A stretch of 52,628 bases of DNA, counting the filler, from Sphacelaria rigidula (taxonomy: Eukaryota), in the NCBI GenBank assembly GCA_964200075.2. It is 4 parts of 4 records of this genome, joined end to end, with 100 filler letters (N's around TTAATTAATTAA, not from the genome) between each part and the next. Parts side by side here need not be neighbours in the genome. Positions count along the whole stretch, not along the records: positions 26,367 to 39,447 come from CAXNAA020003166.1; positions 39,548 to 52,628 come from CAXNAA020003167.1; 2 more parts are not named here. One strand, written 5' to 3'. Positions 35,101 to 45,781 of the stretch are shown piece after piece. The notes beneath the pieces are model-generated. The model was not told the origin of the DNA. It did no database searches and saw only the letters and a program-made list of their open reading frames with translations. Numbering within the stretch: the stretch's first letter is position 1; every line of letters begins with the position of its first letter. Position numbers and translations under genes: made by a program.

Positions 35101-37302
35101 ACAACAACAACAACATGAAACATACCAATCGATTAAACTGAGAAACGGAATAGAAGAAAAGAGAAGACAGCAGAATAGAGAAACAAAAATAGCCGGCCTC
35201 TGCCACATGGTTCCGGTGGAAAAGGGTCTTGCGCATAAATCACACACATACATACTCAGTCATGGAAAAACAAGAGGCTGTGCATGCGGAAAATATGTGC
35301 CGTATTATGCATGCGGTAATTTTAATCCCCTTGTGCCTGGTCATCATCCGCCGTTGAAAGTGCGTCTGTTGATCTCAATGATTGTGACTGGCATCCCGCA
35401 CGAAGCATCGGCAGACGCTGAGATTCCAGCTGCCGTCCCTGGCAGCCTGAGATGGAGCCCTTTATCTCTGCACGCCCCTCGCGTTGGAATTACATGATAG
35501 ACAAGGCAAGATCCTAACAAAGAGGTCAACACAATGTTCCTCCCGATCCTCGTACCGGACAGATATTGATCGAAAATAAATCGAAGTTTGTCCTGGTGCA
35601 CGCATCCTCGGGACACAAGCGCGCCGTGGAAGACATCTTATCTCAGCCGACGGTTCAGAGTCGATTGGCGGACACCAAGGCGGCCGAAGAGATACGAGCG
35701 TTGAAAACGTTTTTCGATATGCTCAAGAAAGATCCGGAGAGGGCATACTACGGGTACAACGTGAGCGACCTCCATTTTTCTTCGTTTCTGTGTGTGTGTG
35801 TGTGTTTTGTTTTAAGTACGCTTTGTGTTTCGATTTTTGTGCATATTCTGAGTCGAATCGAACGTTCTTTGGGATGGATTTGTCATGCGCCCAATGGAAA
35901 TTTTCGATTTTGTTGGCCCACCAGCGTTGAGGACCTTGCTGTGAAGACTTGTTCGGAGGAGGTGCTGCTACTACGTCAAATGGCGCTTAGGGTCGATGCG
36001 TTATTTCATGCCGGCTGTTGAATGCTCTGCTGGCCATGTGCACCCGGCATGACGTAGGTAACCAAGCCGCAGCAGTTCGTCTTCTCCTTTTTCTTGCACT
36101 TGTTGATCGCTAAACATCACGCTTAAACGCTTTTGCTCGCGTTACCTTACCTTGTATCGCCAATCGCTTTAATCGCTGTGCTTGCATCTTGATTGTGGGG
36201 TGCGGAGCGCAGCACGTGTGCCGGGCGAGCGATGAGTTAGCGATCGACAGTCTGCTTGTCACCGACGGTCTATTTCGGAGCAGGTGACGGCAACGTGTTC
36301 GCCAGACTGCGGTAGTAGCGCTAAGGACAGAATAGTGACCAAGCTGTCGGTGTTCACACTGCTTGCATTGCGTTATCGTCCTCAAGTGTACGGAGTTTTG
36401 TTACCAGATCTCGTATGACATGCTCGTAACAAGAGAACGTGTGGCGCTACCAGTACCCAGTACCAATAACTGTCATCGGAGAAGCTGGGACGCACAGTTG
36501 CAGCAATAGTCGCACTGTGATGTGGGCTCATTGTTGCAACATACAAGCGTGTTCATCCCTCCCAGGGTTCAATCGTCTCTAGTGGTTGGTCCCTAGGGTG
36601 GGATCAAACCGACCAGCCGACAGACGGCAACCTTCAAGCCGTGTTGACTGTTGACTATTACCGAAGCACTGTGTTGGGGGCGGCTTGCCGCGCGACTTAC
36701 GACTGTTTCCCTTTCTGTCATTGGCGTTTAATGGTGGTGCCCGCAGCGATCTGAAAACACGCAAAAAGTACGTGGAGTTGGTGGAAGCGGCCAGGGAAAG
36801 AGGTGCCAAGGTCTTCGTGTTCTCGAGGTGACCGACTCATCAGTTGACACAATGGCGTTGCATTATCACACGCGGCAAATTCGTCCACCGAAGGATCGAG
36901 GGATCATCCTCGCGTCGAATTGCAGAACTCGCACAGCACAGCAAGAACGTAGCGATGTCAGGACATGCGGTCGAGCGGGGTTGTACGCTACGGCCATGGG
37001 ATAAGGGTACGCCGCATCATCGGTGTTGAAGGTCCCCAGGCATATGCGGCCCTCCCAATAGCCCGTGAAATGGGAGATGATCATGCGCTGATGTCCACAT
37101 GCGTTATCCTCGTGCCTGTCCCACCAGACGATTCTCAAGCTTCCCCCCCCCTTGAATCACGTGAACGTGCTACCTACCATCGATGGCTTGCAGCATGCAC
37201 GTGACGGGACAGCAGCTAGGACAGCTCACGGGCATCGCGGCTGTCCTGCGATTCCCGTTACCAGAGCTGGAGGACGAGGACGACGATGACGACAGCGATG
37301 AG
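29127..37302 (+). CDS. PELO: Protein pelota (Dom34 homolog, ribosome rescue / no-go decay; eRF1 domains 1-3). Exons 29127-29267, 32794-32940, 33572-33688, 34076-34243, 34504-34623, 35563-35760, 36213-36283, 36747-36827, 37194-37302 (384 codons)
   Basis: The spliced product has the diagnostic motifs [29 protein letters not shown]...NIPRKR, GSPGFVK, HASSGHK...[23 protein letters not shown] and [24 protein letters not shown], plus an acidic tail. All introns are GT-AG with consistent phases. The stop codon is either in an unidentified last exon or at 37360-37362 by read-through. Confidence 0.96.
31250..31790 (-). pseudogene. Ty1/Copia RNase H remnant (in pelota intron 1)
   Basis: [21 protein letters not shown]...[10 protein letters not shown] matches the Copia RNase H motif (Y.DAD.A...DRRSVSG); contains stops and frameshifts. 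Confidence 0.75.
31790..32280 (+). pseudogene. Second Ty1/Copia RNase H remnant, inverted relative to the first
   Basis: [18 protein letters not shown]...QEGYVAMG...ALEFMLPRL...[12 protein letters not shown]...[11 protein letters not shown], decayed. Confidence 0.75.
34660..35114 (+). mobile_element. Probable SINE/LINE fragment with a (CAA)n tail in pelota intron 5
   Basis: Ends AATGTGAAGA(CAA)n at 35078-35114 and contains a 21-nt tandem duplication (CAGATGCCCAGTAC.AATG.A x2). The 5' limit is uncertain. Confidence 0.45.
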
Positions 37303-37325
37303 GTCTGTATTTCTGCCCATGTTCC

Positions 37326-37365
<40 letters not shown>

Positions 37366-37886
37366 GTTCCTCTGCATGAACGTTTGGCTTTCTTTGACAG
37401 CGCCAACTTCACATCTAAATAATCTCGATCCAGGCGAAACCAACTTCCATCGTGCCGTGCATAAAATAATGCTACAGTTGTCATGGCATGTCTACAGTAC
37501 ACATCATATGTAGGTGTCTACGCTGTGAGCTTCGTTGTCTTCGTACCCAACTCGACGGTGTGTGGAACATGACTCGTATTCTATACTCTAGCCGCACTTA
37601 GTGTTCCCCTCAGTAGCTTATATTACAATGAAAACCGTATGAGCAGCGCGGGTGGGATTTCAAGTTTAGCCATTGCAGCGTGATATAAATCCGTACTGTA
37701 TGAAGTTAATCCCTAAGTTGACGAAAAAGTCGACCAAATTGATCCTGAGGGGCGTAAAACTTGTGCGAATATTGTCCGTTCCGGGGCTCGGTTGAATCCT
37801 TCCGTTTCCTTCGTTAAAAAGGCACGACAAATCCACACACATTCTAAAGCTTTCTCTCTCTCCCACGACTTGACTGGTACATTGCC

Positions 37887-37888
<2 letters not shown>

Positions 37889-37926
<38 letters not shown>
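37889..37926. repeat. (GT)n microsatellite; others are (GTT)n/(GTC)n 26651-26695, (TCAA)n 27299-27325, (TA)n 37332-37361 and (GT)n 47679-47703
   Basis: Seen directly. Confidence 0.95.
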
Positions 37927-37928
<2 letters not shown>

Positions 37929-39447
37929 TGAGCGATCGCGAGAAGCTTGTTCGCAACCGCTGGTGGTGTATATCACATGACGCTGTGTAACCATTCATCA
38001 TGTACCCACACTGTCTGACTTCTTCACCCCGACCACCCCTCTTCCATTAGTTTTTTGGTGAGTCATCATTCAGAAGTCGAAGACGTTGATCCCTGAGCAC
38101 ATCTACCGCAATTCGTACACGACATTTTGTTTGGAGGGCTCGACCCTTGACCCCCCCCCGCTCCCCCCTCACCTCTCGCTTCCTTAATCGCACCACTTGA
38201 TTTCATGACTGCTGTAGGACTCGGTGGTGGGAGAGGGGCGAGAGCTAGAGCCTGCCGAAGAGAAGGCTCTTGCCCAGGGAGTAGCCGCAATAGATATGGG
38301 ATTGTAGTTTGAGAGGCTTGGCTATTGCAAACAGCGCTCTGTGCAAGAGGGGGGTGGGTGGGTGTACTTATCATCTTGCATGCTGGAGTCACACGATCAT
38401 TGACCTCGCATTCTTTCAAGGCTGGGATGGAGCACGCAGAGGTTTTGCCGGACCAGGCTTGCAATCACCAAGTGCGAAGCACCGTGATATGGTTGGGGAG
38501 TCGCATGAGGGGTGAGCTGCATCGTGCTAAGATTGTTTTACCCGAAGCGCACTAATTACATTGCATACGGACGACAGCCTTAAATGAGTTGCTTCATTTT
38601 CTGGCATCACCAGTTCCAGAGACAACCACGCGTCACACTGCCTCATAGGTATCTCACCATCGAAACACTGCATAGCGCGATCATCCACTTTGCGCGGAGT
38701 TGGGCTCTCCACCACGCACAAAATGATCCGACCCGACCATTATCATGGTTACCCCAAAAAACTCGAGAAAGAAAAAGACGGTAACCCGATTGCCTAGCTT
38801 ACGCAGTGAATGGCTTGTTTTACAGCGTTGCCAACCGACGCCAACCCTTGAAGGGAAAACTTCTAAGGAGAGGAGGGGTATGCTCGGAGGGGGATGGGGT
38901 GTACACATTATCTTGCATGCCCTAGTCATGGGACGATTCACCTCGCATCCCTACAAAACCGAAGAGATGGGCGGGCGGGGAGAAGGGGGGGTACTCATTT
39001 GTTGCTTGCCTTAGTCGTTCGACCATTGACCACGCATCCCTTTCGAGACGGAGCAGGGGTGGGGGGGGTATTGAGCTGCATAGAGCAACGTGCACAAGGT
39101 GGCCCATGCCGACGAATGCAAATAGGTGTCGCGGTAACCCGTTTGTTTCGGGGATGTGGGTACGTGATTGCATTGATCTCAGCGGTATCTGAGAAAATAA
39201 GTGAAAAATGTGGGGCGGCGCACAGGTGGGGTCTCTGTCAAGGCGTCAGTCAGTGTGTGTACCCCGAACGTGTCATAAACAGTGGCGATGATCGATGCTT
39301 TTGTTCGCGACATCATTCTCGCAGATGGAGCGGTACATTGTATTGTACAGTACGCACTGCCTCGTGGCGCCCTCTACCGTAGTTGAAAACCGATGATTGA
39401 CACTAGATGCTCTCTTGTTACCCCCCCCCTCCCCCCCCTCCCTCGTC

Positions 39448-39547
39448 NNNNNNNNNNNNNNNNNNNNNNNNNNNNNNNNNNNNNNNNNNNNTTAATTAAT
39501 TAANNNNNNNNNNNNNNNNNNNNNNNNNNNNNNNNNNNNNNNNNNNN
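39448..39547. other. Artificial scaffold linker (N44-TTAATTAATTAA-N44)
   Basis: Identical to the other two linkers. Confidence 0.98.
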
Positions 39548-39586
39548 GGGGGTGTGCACTTCGAGTGAGCATCATCCTAAACATAC

Positions 39587-39639
39587 CTCGCCGCCTTGTA
39601 GCTTTGATTCTTCGCTGCCAGCATGAAATCCGCGGTGCG
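39587..39639 (-). CDS. Probable 53-nt internal exon (RTADFMLAAKNQSYKAA..), likely belonging to the gene starting at 44819
   Basis: Acceptor TCCCAG and donor AG|GTATGT. Codons are GC3-rich in phase 0, matching the phase-0 end of exon 44819-43494. Preceded by a ~435-nt AG-free zone. Confidence 0.62.
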
Positions 39640-42122
39640 CTGGGACCAAGCGCGCGATCGATGAAAAACGGTGTCATACCCATCGGCATTTTACGCAGTT
39701 TTTGAAGCCACACGACCATGCAGTGTAGTGGCGCACGTGTTGCGTGCGTTCGGCCAGGTTACGGGATGGTGCGGATCGACGCGCGCCGACAGCAGAATAT
39801 TTCCCGGAATTTTAGTCCAGGAAGTGGAGAGTCGGCCCCGTGTGTAGCGAGACATGAAGTCAGGGCACGCCCGGTGGCACAGCATGTGTTCCAACATAAG
39901 AAGCGTTGTCCGGTATTTTTGAGTTGACGCGTGTTGCAGAAAAATGCCCGGAAAATTCCCAGAATCAGGCAGCATATCATGAGGTTGGGCGAGGGCAACA
40001 AGAGGGAAGGGACGGGTGAGGATGATCGAAGACATACGATTGTGATGACAGATGCGTATTTGGGTAGAGGTCGGTAACTTACTCATGATACAAGAGAGCA
40101 AGTGGGGTCGCCGTGTCGGGCGGTGCATGACATGTTTCGAAGGTTATGAAAATCAGGTGCGTGGTCGACGCAACATTCGCCCCGCGCCGACGACACGATC
40201 CACCATCTCTGGTCTTCTTCCATTTCCGCCGAAATCCTTCTACCCATGTGGGCGGCCGGCATCTTCTGACACTCGAGTCTGGCGGACATTTGTAGAGTGA
40301 ATATGATGCCGATTCAACAGATCGCACACATCCGGGCTGTCGAGGGTCATTATCCACGTCTTCCGCAGGAAAAGATCAGACCTGCCTGTCGGCTTCAAGC
40401 TCTCCGTATATATGGATCAATCTCGCAACATTGTACGCCTACCTCGGTAAAATCACGTCAGGACGTTGTAACTGCGCCATTCCGAACATCGCGCGATTTT
40501 CTTTGGTTTCACACAAGACCCATTCCTCAGATCCGCGATCACGTGTGGATGGGTATGCAGCGTGCGAAGCCCAGGGAAAAACCAAGCTCTCATGTAACAC
40601 GACCAAATCGTGCGTAGAATGATCAACGGTAACGATGATTGCTGCCGAGTAGAAACATGAAGTGACTTGCTGCGCCCCTTGCTCATCACATCTCCATTGT
40701 TTGGTCTTGCGTGCGCCTTTTCATGAATGGGTGTGACACATGATGCGAGACGGCATGAGGAACTTTTGACGGGTACAACAATTTCTCACGAAAGGCGATA
40801 GATCCCGAACGAACACGCGGAACAACTTCAAGGGAAGTTGAATTATTAAGCACGCATTTGCCCTTCTCTTCAGACCTGCAGTCGGAAGATGGTGAACATC
40901 GCCGGGTAACCACACAAGGTACGACCACCCACTCTTGCGGGGAATATGTTATTGCAATGGCAAGCTTCAGATAGCACTCTCCTAGGCTCATATCATACGC
41001 ATCGCGTGTACACAAGACTGGAGCATGACTCAAGGATGTGCGTGCAGGAACAGACTTCACCAGAGGTCCTGCCGCTGTGCAAGGACGGTGACAGTGACCT
41101 CTTTCCAACATTTTCTCGCGTGTGGGGGGATGCAGCGTGTTCGCGACAGTCCTCGTCGAGCATGCACCATTCGCAGGACTGTACCTTGCCACTACTGTTT
41201 GCCCAGCACATTTTGACAACACGTGGAAAGTAAAGCAAACAATCCAGTGACAAGCGAGTCGAGGATGACTTTAACCCTGCGAGACTCCGCTGGGTTGCGA
41301 TTTTCTGTTCGTTCACCGAACACAGCTCAAAATCAATGCTTCACTTCAGCAATACATTTTGCTTGGCAACGTGTAGGTGCGCTGGAGGACACAGGATATT
41401 CGGGGGCACATGTGACTGCAGCATCGAGCAGCAAGGAGATGCTGTCAAATCAGTGACATCTGGGGTTTGGAGGCAACGGCATGAAAAACGCGTGATGCAC
41501 GTATCGTTCATGTACATTACCATTTGGTAGACCTAGTGAGGTGGCGACATTTGATGAAAGATGAGCCATCATTCGAGATACACGGGACAGACAGGACGAG
41601 CAGTACGGTGGTACATTTAGTGGGAATCGAGGGTCAAGATCGAGGAGCTCAAACCAGCACGCGCGGACACAACGCCATGAGGGCATTACCGCCCTCCCAG
41701 TGATTGATGCGGCGCAGTCAGAGTCGGCGGCTCACCAGCAGAAGGCCGCGTGGCCCATGGCGGGGCCGCTTCCCTTCATGACAACGGTGTTGTTATCAAA
41801 ATATCATTCGGACCAGATTTGTCCCGGCCTGCACTCGGTTGCGATCCATTTGGGGTTTTGCACTACTGCACATGGGATACATTTCCTACCCGGACGATCG
41901 TTGGGTGTGAACTCGAGCGAGGGTAACAAGCGATTGCACACGAGGATAAGAATCACGCACTCCTCAATCGACGATTGAACAGAGAAAATTCATTTTTCGC
42001 GGCAAACCTTGTGTTAGCTGCGGTGAAACAGCTGCGAAAAAACTGGCGGGTGTCGCGATGTAAAAAATAACACGTAAAATTCTTCATTACAGTGAAAATT
42101 CAACTGTTCGATGAGCTGTTGA

Positions 42123-42220
42123 CCCCTTGGCCGCGAGGGTAGGCCATCTGGATCATGCATACTTTTTTCGAATGAAATTGAATCTGATTTAGTGTATGAC
42201 CTATGCTCGCCGTCAAAGGG
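42123..42220 (-). mobile_element. piggyBac-like ~100-nt MITE (family of 14548-14650)
   Basis: TTGA|CCCCTTGGCCGCGAGGGTAG...CTCGCCGTCAAAGGG. Confidence 0.72.
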
Positions 42221-43493
42221 ATTCACTGATCGCAACATCGTTTATGATTGCGGTTTTTGATTTCTTGGAGATGAAAAAAAATGTTCGTATCTTATAAAAT
42301 TTTGAGCCAAGGGCTGTTTCGGGAAAAAACACGAGAAACAAGGGCATACCCTCAGAGAGAATTATCGGAGGAGGCAAAATGAAATTGTGCTCAATTTTCT
42401 TTGCCGATCTTATCCTGCGCCGCGGAAAACAGGGGATGCTTTGCAGGGGATGCGGGGGTGGGATGCATTGCAGTTACTTCCGACAACGTAGTCACGAGAT
42501 TGCGCCCTCGCTCACACGTGGCGCTTTACCCGCCTGCTCGGGGCGGAGCCACGACAAAATGGGATGATGATGTTGACACTTAGACCGCCCACACCCCTGC
42601 TGTAGCCAGACACCAATTGTACAGGTTTCGAGGCGTTGGGGGTTTGGACAGGATACCCCTCAGTTGGGGAGAACGCCTACTTGGAGAAGGCCACTATAGC
42701 ATCACGCTCATATCGGGTGTAATTATAAGCCACGACCAGAAGAAAATTAACTTGTCACATGAAAGAGCAAAACCAATCATGTATGCACGAAGATTACAGA
42801 ATAAATGAAGAGATGACGGGTAAAGCAAAAAAGCCTGCACCCGACCCCTGAGGATCGGAGAGCGAGCTACTGGAAGCAGTCTTGTTTAGCAAGAACTATG
42901 AGGACCTCATGAGAAGGTGATCCGGCGCGGGCCTGAAAACAAGTAACGTGCATCGCCGATACGGTCATGTCCAAGTTTGTACAGTAGTATATGATTCATT
43001 TTTACTTAAAACCTTCGGTGATGAGTGGGCGATGCGAGTGGAAGTCAACGTCGGCAAGCTGGATCAGACGGAGCAACTGAACCAATCGAAAACCACGGTC
43101 AGCCATCTGTTGACTCGAGATCATTTTCACTGGACTGATGACATCAAAATCGCCCACCCTGGCGATCGTGGGGTTAGGGTGAAGGGTCAACTACACCCTG
43201 TCGGCGTGGTGTACAGGCTGAATCGAAGGGCGCAGATGTTCAGTGGGTGACACACGTCGCTCCTACTTGAATTCGACCATCTTAGATTTCCATGATCATA
43301 GCGTACGAATCCACAACCGCAGCCGTGGTGTTACGGTGGTGCAGTACAATCCAGTGAAAGACGGTACAGATGTTCAGATGTTACCATCACATCTCAAGTC
43401 CCACCCCGTATCGCCCTCCTCGAAGCACAACGAACTCTCAGCGCTACCGCATTACAGTAGTATGAGCGGACATTTTCTGTGTTAATATCGCAC

Positions 43494-44819
43494 CTTCACG
43501 TCAAGATTGCTAGCCATCAACACCAGACCGTTAGCAGCACCGGCCGCCACTGCGACAGCCTCCGCCGCCGCCGCTGCTGAGGGCTGCACCGTGCCCGCCG
43601 CCGGGGTTGTCTCCGCCGACCAGCGACCTTTAGCCTTACCCCCACCCCCTCCTCTCTTCTTCTGATTTTTGCCCCCGGCAGGACTCCCGCCACCAGCCGC
43701 CGTAGCCGACCCGGACGTCGGCACCACCGCTGCGCCATCAGCTCCCTTTGCTGCCGGAGAGGCGGCGGCTGCAGGCGATGCTTTACCACCACCAGGAATG
43801 ATCGCGACGGCTCCAGTAGAGGCAGTCGCGTTCTTGTCTTCGGTTTCACCTGTCTCTGTTGAAGGAGTTGCAGTGACGGCATCTGCAGGAGTAGCCGTAT
43901 CCGCGGCTGTGCTACTGGTTGTGGGTGCTGGGTTAGCGGTAGCGTCATCGGTATCCATGGCCGCACTCGTGTCGTCTGCGGGGGACGTGGCTTCCGTCGT
44001 GCCCGCAGAAGAGGTTACAGGGAGAGGCAACACCGCAGAGGTGGTCACCGCGGCATCATCAGAATCTGTGGTGTCTCCCCCATCGCCTTTCCGCCCTGCG
44101 GCTTTCACGGCATCGTCGCCGCCGCCGCCCTTAGAGGGACCACTGTTGCTCAAGTCCACACCGTTCTGGGATATCGCGGGAGCATCTCCGCTGCTAGATT
44201 CGCCATTTGCCGTCGAGTTTGTCGAGGATCCCGGATCCGGTTGTGCTTCGGCAAAAGATGACGTGTCCTCCGCCGTTAAGATACCATTGTTTTTATGGGC
44301 CCCATCGTCAACGTCTGCCTTGGATGATGAGCCTTCTTGAGCAACAGGCTCAGACGCGGGCGCTACAAGCTTTTCGCCATTCGTGGCTGCCGCCAGCTCC
44401 GGACCATCTAGACCGTCACCGGCGTCGCTGTCATCTTCTCCTGCCTGGCCATCCGACAACTGCTTTTCTCCAGAAGATTCATCTTCTTCATCACTTAGGT
44501 CGTCCGCCGCATCCTCTTCTACTTCCTCGTCGCCCACCGAGGCCCCCGTATTACCCGCCGCCGCCGTGTCCTCGCCGCCCTCCTCCCGCACAGGGGAAGA
44601 GCCAGTAGATGCGTCATCTTGACCACCGGAAGAAGCAGGAGCAGGGGTTGACGGAGAGGAGTTACTTTTGTTGCGCGTTGCCCGGGTGGCCCGCGTGCTG
44701 CGCGTGACCGTGGATTCGGGAGGGGAGCCTGTGGTGTCTGACGCTCCGAGAGACGCGGCAGCAGCGGCCGCCCTCCTGGCTGCAGCCGCGCCCTTACCTC
44801 CGCCGCGTGCAGGGGGCAT
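43494..44819 (-). CDS. First exon (442 codons) of an unknown protein with a long Ala/Gly/Ser/Thr- and acidic low-complexity, likely disordered N-terminus; 3'-partial
   Basis: Long GC-rich open frame from ATG 44819 (MPPARGGGKG...) to a donor AAG|GTGCGA at 43494. Has an acidic tract and a basic NLS-like KNQKKRGGGGGKAKGR. No domain recognised. Confidence 0.8.
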
Positions 44820-45781
44820 ATTACTTTTCTTTATTCTGATGGCGTTCGGTGACCCACCCCGCCCGTTCTTTTCTGCGAAGCTAAAAGTTGGTGAGAGTCG
44901 CCTCGCTGTTATTTTTCCAGACTTCTTTCGATTACACTGAACTGTCTGGGCCGTGCCTTCGAAATGCCAGGTGTGCTTTTGGTGAGCACAGGCGTCTGAT
45001 CGAACGTCGTCGTGAAGGTTGTATACCGCACAAGTAGCTCTAGGCTTCCCCAGCAGGGTATCTTTGGTTGTCTTTTGAAAGGTACGACACACTTAATCTA
45101 GGTGGCCTGCCCTGTTTTCAGGAGCACCGGGGCCTTTCTCCTGTGATCCTGGTGCGGGAATGCTGCAGTCAATATTTTATATAAACGTCGATTCTGCCCT
45201 GTCAAATAACGCCTCATTAGTGAATACTACAGACAGTTTCACGTTTTTTCATACTCTATGAGTGCAACGGGACGTGTACTATACCCAGCTATACCTCGCA
45301 AGTACCTCGACCATACACATACGGTACTTATATATATATTTAAATATAATATTATAATTAATTTATTTGAACAAAAGATTGTTTGAGGATGAATGGTTGG
45401 ATGGTTGATTTCTTTTTTTGAGCAAGGGAAAGACAATATATATATATATATATTACTTTGAAAATCAGGGGGGAAAGAAGAAACTCCATAACAACATGTG
45501 GCTTCTGCGGATTTTCGAGTTCAGACTGTATGTATTTGTGTTTCTTGTGTGTAGAGGAACCCGCCGCACCCTTTCGAATATTTTGCTGTCCTGCAGTTTA
45601 TATCTGGAGATGTGTTTCTCAAATTGTAGCTTGAGACTTGGGTCTTCTGGAGATTCATGTGTATGTACATGTACTCCAACTTCGTGTGGGTCAGGTATAG
45701 AAACAAAGGGGAAAATGACAAACAAAAAATGTGTAACTTTGCTAGTTCGTCGGCCACTGACGGAAAGGGTGAAGCAGAAAA

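Noticed and set aside
40686..43250. Additional exons of the minus-strand gene
   Set aside because: Several AG/GT-bounded candidates (e.g. near 42930, 42600, 41830, 40875) either hit stops or could not be tied together in phase with recognisable protein.
43517..44940. Overlapping antisense and alternative-frame ORFs
   Set aside because: Shadows of the GC-rich 442-codon exon.
44820..45092. N-terminal extension of the 536-aa ORF
   Set aside because: It starts at a non-ATG codon and has UTR-like composition; ATG 44819 marks the shift to coding-like sequence.
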